Program-made: the position numbers and the translations under genes | Shown here: positions 8,564 to 15,143 of the stretch, in pieces | Position numbering within the stretch: the first letter of the stretch is position 1 | How the letters are laid out: every line of letters starts with the position of its first letter | Source: an archaeon | GTDB lineage: Archaea; Hydrothermarchaeota; Hydrothermarchaeia; JALTZZ01 | NCBI GenBank assembly: GCA_027051165.1 | Contig: JALTZZ010000034.1 | Span: forward strand, 1 to 21,213 | Length of the DNA stretch: 21,213 nt | Direction of reading: 5' to 3' | Notes under the pieces: model-generated | Told to the model about the DNA's origin: nothing | The model's input: the letters and a program-made list of their open reading frames with translations, nothing else | The model's database searches: none

Positions 8564-8885
8564 AACCATAAGGTTCAAAGCCCTTGCATTCTGGCTCGGA
8601 AACGCTGTTAGCATCGTTGAAAGAGGAAAAATAATCAAGGCAACGGTTTTCCTCGAAGGATATCAGAAAGCTCCAAATATTGTAGTTATAAACGAAGAGA
8701 GAATTTCGTGCACGAAGAAGGGAAGGAAGTGCGATTCCTTGAGAACGAACGGCGTGTGCTCCCACGTTCTTGCCGTCCTTTACGCCGTCTGCAGAACAAC
8801 CGGCTTCAGAGGTGAGGAGTATTGGAGGCTGAAGAAAAAAGCGCAGAATTTTCTGAAAAGCTGGAGTGCAAAAAGAAAGAGGTGA
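8523..8885 (+). CDS. cassette gene B (copy 1): SWIM-type zinc-finger protein
   Basis: 120 aa; ISCTKKGRKCDSLRTNGVCSHVLAVLYA fits the SWIM CxC..CxH signature (CSHVLAVL resembles the canonical CKHILAVL); overlaps the end of A; paralog at 20389..20751. Confidence 0.7.
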   Translation: MMRLLYELNRKASETIRFKALAFWLGNAVSIVERGKIIKATVFLEGYQKAPNIVVINEERISCTKKGRKCDSLRTNGVCSHVLAVLYAVCRTTGFRGEEYWRLKKKAQNFLKSWSAKRKR

Positions 8886-9124
8886 AGAATGCGATAATAT
8901 TTATAGGTGCGACCGCAATGTATCTATTTTACGTCGTTCTGCTGGCAACCTTCATGCTCGCATACGGGAGCGATGCGAAGCAGGTTGTCGTGGACGTGAA
9001 CGGCTTCGGAGAGGCGAAAATCGAATACATAATGCTGCTATTTCTCACTCCGCTGCTCACGCTTGCTTATTACTACATAGCCGAAGAAATGAGCTGCAGA
9101 AGGTGCAGAATCAGAAAATCCTGA
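8882..9124 (+). CDS. cassette gene C (copy 1): 80-aa two-TM membrane protein with C-terminal CRRC; start re-called to GTG overlapping the B stop (GTGA)
   Basis: track ORF 8822 begins at TTG; the in-frame GTG at 8882 overlaps the B stop, and the paralog has ATG at the identical position (ATGA at 20748); hydrophobic helices IIFIGATAMYLFYVVLLATFML and IMLLFLTPLLTLAYYYI. Confidence 0.55.
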   Translation: MKNAIIFIGATAMYLFYVVLLATFMLAYGSDAKQVVVDVNGFGEAKIEYIMLLFLTPLLTLAYYYIAEEMSCRRCRIRKS

Positions 9125-9260
9125 ACTCCCCCTTTCTCAGCTTTTCTTCAATCTTCTTCAGCTTTTTGTAATCGAGCCCGTATTTTTCCGCAGTCTCCTT
9201 CCATCTTCCGTTGCCCAGAAGAATTTGTATCATGTCGTGAAGCTTGATCACGATCTTCAT
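9111..9260 (-). CDS. cassette gene D (copy 1): convergent 49-aa protein, possible mini-HTH
   Basis: Not in track (<60 aa). MKIVIKLHDMIQILLGNGRWKETAEKYGLDYKKLKKIEEKLRKGEFRIF. Minus-strand palindrome 9289 plus GAATTCGATTTTTAAAATTTTATAAAAAT box, then ATG. 3' end overlaps C by 14 nt antisense. Paralog at 20977..21126. Confidence 0.45.
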   Translation of the reverse strand: MKIVIKLHDMIQILLGNGRWKETAEKYGLDYKKLKKIEEKLRKGEFRIF

Positions 9261-9288
9261 ATTTTTATAAAATTTTAAAAATCGAATT

Positions 9289-9303
9289 CTTCACAGCTGT
9301 GAG
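9289..9303. promoter_or_regulatory. palindrome module copy h
   Basis: CTTCACAGCTGTGAG; minus side GAATTCGATTTTTAAAATTTTATAAAAAT then ATG 9260 (gene D1). Confidence 0.55.
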
Positions 9304-9425
9304 TTCCTAAAAAAGCATCTGCAGCACATTCTGAGAATTTCGTTTACCCTGCAGCTCCACGTGCACTCAATGCAGCAGTTCTTTTCACAGCTCCTGCACC
9401 TTTTCAATCCTGCTTCCTCGCACAT
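9291..9425 (-). CDS. candidate 44-aa cysteine-rich peptide (10 Cys)
   Basis: MCEEAGLKRCRSCEKNCCIECTWSCRVNEILRMCCRCFFRNSQL; same strand, 46 nt after 9472..9786; stop lies inside palindrome 9289; could instead be an artefact of CTGCAGC repeats. Confidence 0.25.
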   Translation of the reverse strand: MCEEAGLKRCRSCEKNCCIECTWSCRVNEILRMCCRCFFRNSQL

Positions 9426-9471
9426 GACTCGTGTGCAAACACTAAAATTAATTTAATTTCTGGAGGAATCT

Positions 9472-9786
9472 TCATTTTTTAACCACCTTTTTCAGCTTTT
9501 CGTAGAATGCTTTCAGCTCCTCATCGGCTACAAACGCTTTCATCCATTTTTCAAGGTGCCGGAGAAGAAGCTCGGGCATGGGCTTCTCCGGAACGTATAA
9601 TCTATCTTTTTCTTCGAATCCACGTTCATAGCTTCTGCACATCCACTTTCCGCAGATTTTCTTCTTGCACGGATCTTCCGGCAGAGGGAACAGCCATCTC
9701 CAGTCGGGAGATTTCAAAACCGGGCATCCGAGCAAAGATTCTTGCTCCCACAGCTTTTCAAACACCTCGCAGGGGATTTTATTCAT
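9472..9786 (-). CDS. 104-aa Cys/Trp-rich protein, unknown; likely co-transcribed with the PAPS-reductase-like gene
   Basis: Start overlaps the 3' end of 9779..10633 by 8 nt; six Cys (CEV, GCP, CKKKICGKWMC). Confidence 0.5.
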   Translation of the reverse strand: MNKIPCEVFEKLWEQESLLGCPVLKSPDWRWLFPLPEDPCKKKICGKWMCRSYERGFEEKDRLYVPEKPMPELLLRHLEKWMKAFVADEELKAFYEKLKKVVKK

Positions 9787-10633
9787 GCGAGCATCCCCTG
9801 CCAGCTATATGAGGTAAAAAGCACTGACAGCTTATTTTTTCAAGCTTTTTAACCCTTTTAACTCCCTCTTTACCTTTTAAATCAGCCTTGCTGAAAATAT
9901 TCATCAGCCTTTCGTAATCCTCGGGAAAGAACCTCTTTATTTTCATGATCTTTTCCTCTGAGAGATCGTGGAGCATGCACATGCATTCCCCGCTCATAGA
10001 AATAGCTTTATACACGGGATTAACAGGCAGACTGGCAGCTTTTATGTATTCTTCAACCTTTTCTCTGTTCCAATCTAATATAGGACAGTAGCTGTATTCT
10101 TTGTGCCTTCCCTTATACACTTTGTTCGTCTTCAGATACTCGCCGTAAATCTCAAATCTCCTTGAGCTCTCGTGAATTCTTATCCCGTTCACCGACAGCT
10201 TCACACCGTTTATTGATTTTAAGAACTTGGACAGAGGCTGATACTTGAGAACACGGAAGCACCACCTGCATCTGCCGTGTAAAGGCACACCCCACCTTTT
10301 TAGTCCATCTTCAAAGCTCATCTCGGGCTTTAAAACCTTGAAGTCGAAGGGATACCTCTTAACGAACTCCCTGATAAACTGCTTGCATGCGGAGATTCCT
10401 ATTCCCGTATCAATGTGAATTATAGTTGCTTTTACGCTCAGCTTGGCGGTTTTGTAAAGCCTGTAGAAAACATCTAAAGCAACCATGCTGTCCTTACCGC
10501 CGCTGAAGAGAATGAAGATGTTTTTGGGCCTGTAAAGCTCAACAACCTTCTTTAAATTCTCAGCTTCCTCTAAAAGTCCAAATCTCCTTAATAAATCCGC
10601 TTCTTTAAAAAACTTCTGCAGAGTCATCTGCAT
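9779..10633 (-). CDS. PAPS reductase / PP-loop ATP pyrophosphatase family protein (CysH/DndC-like fold)
   Basis: 284 aa; FSGGKDS PP-loop; DWNREKVEEYIKAASLPVNPVYKA..SMSGECMCM aligns with the CysH-family DWxxxDVWxYIxxxxLPYNPLY..GYxSIGC motif; C-terminal Cys cluster; promoter is palindrome 10676 plus CTTTAAAAG box about 30 nt before ATG 10633. Confidence 0.85.
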   Translation of the reverse strand: MQMTLQKFFKEADLLRRFGLLEEAENLKKVVELYRPKNIFILFSGGKDSMVALDVFYRLYKTAKLSVKATIIHIDTGIGISACKQFIREFVKRYPFDFKVLKPEMSFEDGLKRWGVPLHGRCRWCFRVLKYQPLSKFLKSINGVKLSVNGIRIHESSRRFEIYGEYLKTNKVYKGRHKEYSYCPILDWNREKVEEYIKAASLPVNPVYKAISMSGECMCMLHDLSEEKIMKIKRFFPEDYERLMNIFSKADLKGKEGVKRVKKLEKISCQCFLPHIAGRGCSHE

Positions 10634-10675
10634 GTTAATCCCCTCTGAGACGGCTTTCTTTTAAAGCTTTCTGAA

Positions 10676-10690
10676 CCTCACAGCTGTGAG
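10676..10690. promoter_or_regulatory. palindrome module copy i
   Basis: Minus side GTTCAGAAAGCTTTAAAAGAAAGC then ATG 10633 (PAPS-reductase-like gene). Confidence 0.6.
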
Positions 10691-10753
10691 AAACCGAGTG
10701 CTCGGCATAAAGCATCAGAATGATTTTTTTCAGAGAAATAATGTATTCCGTGC

Positions 10754-11323
10754 TCACTTCTCCCCGCATATGAACTTCACTATGCTTTCAAGCTTCTTCT
10801 TCAGCTTTGAATCAGCTTCGAAGCTCTCTATGTCGTTTCTTATAAGCCAAGAATCGAGCTTCTTTATGTAGGGAATCCACTCTATAAGCTGCAAACCCAG
10901 CTCCTTGGCTACGCTCAAAGCCTCTTTTTCGCTGGCAGATAGATTTACCACGACACCTAAAACCCCGCATCCGCAGTTATAAGCAGTTTCGACGAGCTCC
11001 TTGGCTACGAGAACGTTGTGCCTGTGCGGCAGAGTTATCAAAACCAGATCCATCGGATTTTCCTTCAAATACAGGAAGCTCTGCTTCTCCCTCGGGAAGA
11101 CAACGATTCCCAATCCAGCTCCTTTCTTAGCCTTGTTGTATAGTTTTGTCAGCTTTCCGAGCTCGTCGAAGTCGTAAACTCTGATATCAAATTCTTTTGC
11201 TATTAAGCTTGCGATAGTGCACTTGCCTGAGTTGTTCTCTCCTATAAATCCCACCGGCTTGCTCAGAGAATAAACCTTCTCCTCCTTTTTCAAAAAGTCC
11301 TTAAGCATGTTGTCGAGGTTCAT
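10754..11323 (-). CDS. small P-loop NTPase (Walker A GENNSGKCT, Walker-B-like DLVLITL)
   Basis: 189 aa; leaderless-type start about 22 nt after CTTATAAGC box next to perfect palindrome 11351..11370. Confidence 0.65.
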   Translation of the reverse strand: MNLDNMLKDFLKKEEKVYSLSKPVGFIGENNSGKCTIASLIAKEFDIRVYDFDELGKLTKLYNKAKKGAGLGIVVFPREKQSFLYLKENPMDLVLITLPHRHNVLVAKELVETAYNCGCGVLGVVVNLSASEKEALSVAKELGLQLIEWIPYIKKLDSWLIRNDIESFEADSKLKKKLESIVKFICGEK

Positions 11324-11350
11324 GCCATACTTGTGAGCTTATAAGCTTGA

Positions 11351-11370
11351 TTCCTCACAGCTGTGAGGAA
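11351..11370. promoter_or_regulatory. palindrome module copy j: TTCCTCACAGCTGTGAGGAA (20-nt perfect), bidirectional promoter
   Basis: Plus side TTGATTTTTTAAG then ATG 11398; minus side CAAGCTTATAAGCTC then ATG 11323. Confidence 0.65.
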
Positions 11371-11397
11371 TTGATTTTTTAAGTTTAAGTTATCCTT

Positions 11398-12096
11398 ATG
11401 ATAGAGATAGAAGCCGCCGCCGACGATGAAAAAATTCGCGGGAGAGTTCATCTGCACATAGACAGAAGAGTGAAAAGCAGAGGGATCTATGTTAGACTTT
11501 TCGGAGCAGAAGAAGTTAGAATTGTCGATCGTGTTGATAAAAAACTTAGAAAAGCAAAAAACATAATAATAGATGAAATAAGGAAGATTAAAGATAAAGG
11601 AGAGCTCTTCGGCAGCTATACTTTAAGCTTTGAATTCAAACTTCCGGAGAATCGTCTGCCAACATACAGAGGGGTTTACGTGAATATATTTTACAAAGTG
11701 GCTACATGGATTGATATACCGTTCAGATTCGATATTAAAGCAGAAAAAGAAATTGAAATTTTGCCTAAGTGCAGCATGCCGTATAAATTACGGAAATCCT
11801 TCTTAAATAAGGCTGTATTTAGGAGAGGGGAAATTATAAGAGGGAGAATTGAAGGTAGAAGCAGGGTAAAGCTCGTTTGTGTTGAGAGTGCGGACACGAA
11901 GCATGTCAGCGCTAAAATAGCAGTTTACGAAAAAGAGGTTGACGTGCTTTCCGGAGGTTTTTCGATAAAGATACCGAATGATGCTCCCTTCAGCTATGCC
12001 GGGAAGCTTTCCTCTGTTGCGTGGTATCTTGTTGTCGGTGGTGAGCACATACCGATAGCCGTTCTTCCTCACAGCTGTGAGGAATTGATTTTTTAA
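11398..12096 (+). CDS. hypothetical 232-aa protein (beta-rich, arrestin/Spo0M-like impression only)
   Basis: ORF begins 28 nt after GATTTTTTAAG box of palindrome 11351; ends inside palindrome 12065 (PHSCEE encoded by the repeat). Confidence 0.55.
   Translation: MIEIEAAADDEKIRGRVHLHIDRRVKSRGIYVRLFGAEEVRIVDRVDKKLRKAKNIIIDEIRKIKDKGELFGSYTLSFEFKLPENRLPTYRGVYVNIFYKVATWIDIPFRFDIKAEKEIEILPKCSMPYKLRKSFLNKAVFRRGEIIRGRIEGRSRVKLVCVESADTKHVSAKIAVYEKEVDVLSGGFSIKIPNDAPFSYAGKLSSVAWYLVVGGEHIPIAVLPHSCEELIF
12065..12084. promoter_or_regulatory. palindrome module copy k (20-nt perfect)
   Basis: Overlaps the last codons of 11398..12096; plus side TTGATTTTTTAAGCTCTTTATTTGTTGGTGGTGCGGA then ATG 12122. Confidence 0.65.
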
Positions 12097-12121
12097 GCTC
12101 TTTATTTGTTGGTGGTGCGGA

Positions 12122-12439
12122 ATGGCGGGGGTTATTATTTTTGTAGATAGGATTGCGCTTTTAGTAAGTTTTGTTAAAAACGAGATAAAAAGCATCAGCA
12201 AAAACGAAACGGAAGCCGTTTTCAACGTTCTAAGCGTGGTTCATGAACTGCTGAGAGATGTAGAAGTGAAGGACGATGAACTGAAGAAAAAGCTGAGAGC
12301 TGTAAAAGATATAACGAGGGCTGAGATAGAGAGCATAGAGAAAAATCCGTTCTCAAAGGCGCTGGCGACAATTTACATTACAAAGGAGCTTTTGGAAGAT
12401 TTCCACAGCGAGGCAGAGCTTCTCGTAAAGCAGAGGTGA
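12122..12439 (+). CDS. hypothetical 105-aa protein, first gene of a coupled operon
   Basis: Starts in the conserved module tail GGTGGTGCGGAATGGCGGGG; stop overlaps the next start (GTGA). Confidence 0.5.
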   Translation: MAGVIIFVDRIALLVSFVKNEIKSISKNETEAVFNVLSVVHELLRDVEVKDDELKKKLRAVKDITRAEIESIEKNPFSKALATIYITKELLEDFHSEAELLVKQR

Positions 12440-13359
12440 GTTTCGTGGGTAGAACCTGCTACTACATTTTTTACGTGAAAAACAAGGTAAAAGCTTATCT
12501 TGTGAAGAGCGATTTCCTTGAAATGACGAGAAACAACGTATGGTTCTGCGAGACTCCAGATATCGGCATTAGAGAGCGGGAAAAAGTTGAAGAATACCTT
12601 CCAGAAATCTTTGAGCCTCCGAAGAGGTTCAAAGAGCTGGAGCTGATATACAACAACGGAACCACCAGCAAAATTTCTTATAAAGAATATAAAAAGTATG
12701 AAAGAAGCTACAATGTTCTGGACTACATAAGAAGACACGTAAAGAAGGTCAGAGTAATAAAAAGGCTTCCGGGGTATGAAGTTTACGGCTGGTGCAAGAC
12801 TGCAGAGTGCGATTTCGATGTTCTGTATCTGCTCAACGTTGCAAGGAAAATTTCGGAGAAATACGGAATCAGAGCAAGATTCGAGGATGAGGGCGAAATT
12901 TACTACGGTGATATCGTAAAAGGTGAGCTGAAGGGTATGGAAATAAGCGATGAGATTATAGCAGAGCTGAAAGAAAAGCACTTCAAAATACTTGAGGCAA
13001 GGATCCCGCTGAACATAGCAAAGTTCTTCAAGCAGTATCCGGACTGGATAGACTTCAGTATAAAAACTTTGACGGAGTTCCTTGCAACCGACGACGATTC
13101 TGTTGATATACTGTTCGGAAGGAAGAAAGGAAAGCTCAATGTTCCAGCTGGACTCTCCGCCGTAAAATTCAGCGAGAAAATGTATCCATTTGCAGCGCTG
13201 ATTCACGAAGAAACCTATGAAATGCTTGAGATCCTCAAGGGATCTCTCGACATGACGGAGGATGAGATACTTAAGCTTGCGTTTAGAGCGGTTGCAACGA
13301 AGTATAGTTACATGTTTGACAAATATATCAAAGAAGTTCCGGCGAGGTATCTGATATGA
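12436..13359 (+). CDS. hypothetical 307-aa protein
   Basis: GTG start overlapping the upstream stop; K/E-rich; ATGA overlap with the next gene; antisense ORF 12373..13401 judged spurious. Confidence 0.6.
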   Translation: MSFVGRTCYYIFYVKNKVKAYLVKSDFLEMTRNNVWFCETPDIGIREREKVEEYLPEIFEPPKRFKELELIYNNGTTSKISYKEYKKYERSYNVLDYIRRHVKKVRVIKRLPGYEVYGWCKTAECDFDVLYLLNVARKISEKYGIRARFEDEGEIYYGDIVKGELKGMEISDEIIAELKEKHFKILEARIPLNIAKFFKQYPDWIDFSIKTLTEFLATDDDSVDILFGRKKGKLNVPAGLSAVKFSEKMYPFAALIHEETYEMLEILKGSLDMTEDEILKLAFRAVATKYSYMFDKYIKEVPARYLI

Positions 13360-14015
13360 TAAAGTATAGATGTCTCGCAGTAACCAAAAATCCGGTAGCA
13401 CTTGAACATAAAATTAAAGCAGAAATTGAAAAGTATTCTTGGTATAGATTTAGACCAAGAATTTACAGACTTCCGTTCAGAATCGCTATAACCAAGAAAA
13501 AGCCGGTGAGATTCGCATTTGCCTATGCCTATACATCCTGGCAAAAATTTTACTGCTCATCGAGCGAGAATATACCAAACAGCTATAAATTCATTGAAGT
13601 TTATCACAAATCGAAGAAGTATTTCACAGTGGTCGTAAAAGGAGAGGGTTGCAATTTCAGTGCTTATCTCTGCGTCATAATTCTCAACAGACTCAGAGAG
13701 CTTTGGAAAGAAGCGTATATAATAATCAAAAGAAATGATGACTACAAATACGGAGAGCTGAAAGATGATATGGTTGTGGGCGAGGACGGAATTAAATATC
13801 TCATTGTTGAGGAGCTGTTCTTCGAGGAATACGAAAAGCATCTGAAAGAAATAGAAGTTCCAGAGCTTTTAGCCGAACGTCTGGATTTGATAGAAACAGG
13901 CATAGAGAGGCTTAAAACCAAGCTTATATTTCCGCCCGTGAGGAGAATAATAAGAATACGAGAAGCTCGCAGAGAAATACGGATCCTTCGAAAATGCAGT
14001 ATATCATATATTTAG
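13356..14015 (+). CDS. hypothetical 219-aa protein
   Basis: ATGA-coupled to 12436..13359; basic C-terminal tail RRIIRIREARREIRILRK. Confidence 0.55.
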   Translation: MIKYRCLAVTKNPVALEHKIKAEIEKYSWYRFRPRIYRLPFRIAITKKKPVRFAFAYAYTSWQKFYCSSSENIPNSYKFIEVYHKSKKYFTVVVKGEGCNFSAYLCVIILNRLRELWKEAYIIIKRNDDYKYGELKDDMVVGEDGIKYLIVEELFFEEYEKHLKEIEVPELLAERLDLIETGIERLKTKLIFPPVRRIIRIREARREIRILRKCSISYI

Positions 14016-14132
14016 AGCCGTTGCCGGCGATGAATACAGGCTCAGCGTCCCGGCGAGATATTTAATTTAGTTTTTTTGTTTATTTTTTAACGGAAAGTTT
14101 TATTATCGTGAAGGGTTAAATAGTATAACATT

Positions 14133-15143
14133 ATGATAACTGTGCTTGAATTGGAGAATTTTAGGGGAGTAAAAAAAGGCAGGATAGAATTAGCTCCGCT
14201 TACAATTCTCCTCGGTGGAAACAACTCCGGAAAAACAACAATCCTTGAAGCACTTTTCTTAGCTCCAAATCCCTTCCGTGGAGTTCCTTATTCTTTAAAA
14301 CCTTATAATGCAGCAGTAGCAGTCCTTCGTTATCTTCATGAAACTTTGGACAGCAAAGGTTATGCCTTCTTACTTTACAATTATATTTTAAACTCTGCTA
14401 AAATATCTTGCAGAGCTGATAATATGCATTACAGTCTCGTTTTTTCGAAGGAACAACCTTCACAAGACCTCATTTCAGTAATTTTAACCAAGCAAGATTC
14501 TTCTTGGACTGTAGGAAGATTATCAACTGTACATGATAATATCACTCCAATAAGTTCAGAATTGTATATGAAGAATACTCTTCTTATTTCCTCAAAACTC
14601 AGAGATTATGGATACCGATATATTGAGGAGAACTGGGCAGCCATTATAAACCTCGGAATATGCAGAAAAGTTGCAAAGGAAACTTCTGAGCTTGTTTCTG
14701 AAAATTATATAGATATAACCATGGAGCCTTTCCTTGGAGGACAACTTGCTATCTATGCATTTTTGGAGGACGGAAGGAGGATAAGGCTGGGAGATCTCGG
14801 TGAGGGTGTTCAGAACTACATACTTGCGAGAGTACTCTACGAAGTGGCAAAGCCAGAGACCCTTCTGTGGGATGACGTTGAGGCGCACTTTAATCCAAGG
14901 ATGCTCTTAAGAATTGCGGAATGGTTCTCCGAACTTATAGAGAAAAATAAACAGGTTATAGTTTCCACGCACAGCTTAGAAGCGGCTAAAATAATTGCTG
15001 GCATGGCTGAAGAAAAGGCAAGAATATACCTCACATCTTTAAAAGACGGTGAGCTTAAAGCTAAAAGCCTCACTCTTAAAGAAGTTGAAGAGCTACAGGA
15101 AGCCGGGATTGATGTAAGAGTTGCGGAGCCGATGCTGCTATGA
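14133..15143 (+). CDS. ABC-type / AAA_21-OLD-like ATPase (defence-associated ATPase family)
   Basis: 336 aa; N-terminal LENFRG...LTILLGGNNSGKTTILEAL Walker A; C-terminal LLWDDVEAHFNP (Walker B-like DD) and QVIVSTHSLE (H-loop); 117-nt AT-rich promoter region upstream; ATGA-coupled to the next gene. Confidence 0.8.
   Translation: MITVLELENFRGVKKGRIELAPLTILLGGNNSGKTTILEALFLAPNPFRGVPYSLKPYNAAVAVLRYLHETLDSKGYAFLLYNYILNSAKISCRADNMHYSLVFSKEQPSQDLISVILTKQDSSWTVGRLSTVHDNITPISSELYMKNTLLISSKLRDYGYRYIEENWAAIINLGICRKVAKETSELVSENYIDITMEPFLGGQLAIYAFLEDGRRIRLGDLGEGVQNYILARVLYEVAKPETLLWDDVEAHFNPRMLLRIAEWFSELIEKNKQVIVSTHSLEAAKIIAGMAEEKARIYLTSLKDGELKAKSLTLKEVEELQEAGIDVRVAEPMLL

Noticed and set aside
8268-8765. 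165-aa minus-strand ORF over cassette genes A/B (and 8866..9171 +, 9507..9812 +, 20529..20723 -)
   Set aside because: Alternative or antisense frames over genes that are conserved as paralogs in their own frames. Ser/Pro/Arg-rich composition. Not conserved in the second cassette copy in that frame.
12373-13401. 342-aa minus-strand ORF spanning the whole 12436..13359 region
   Set aside because: Antisense to a K/E-rich, coupled plus-strand operon. Its translation is Leu/Ser/Phe-rich low-complexity typical of the reverse frame of AT-rich coding DNA. No promoter module or coupling supports it.
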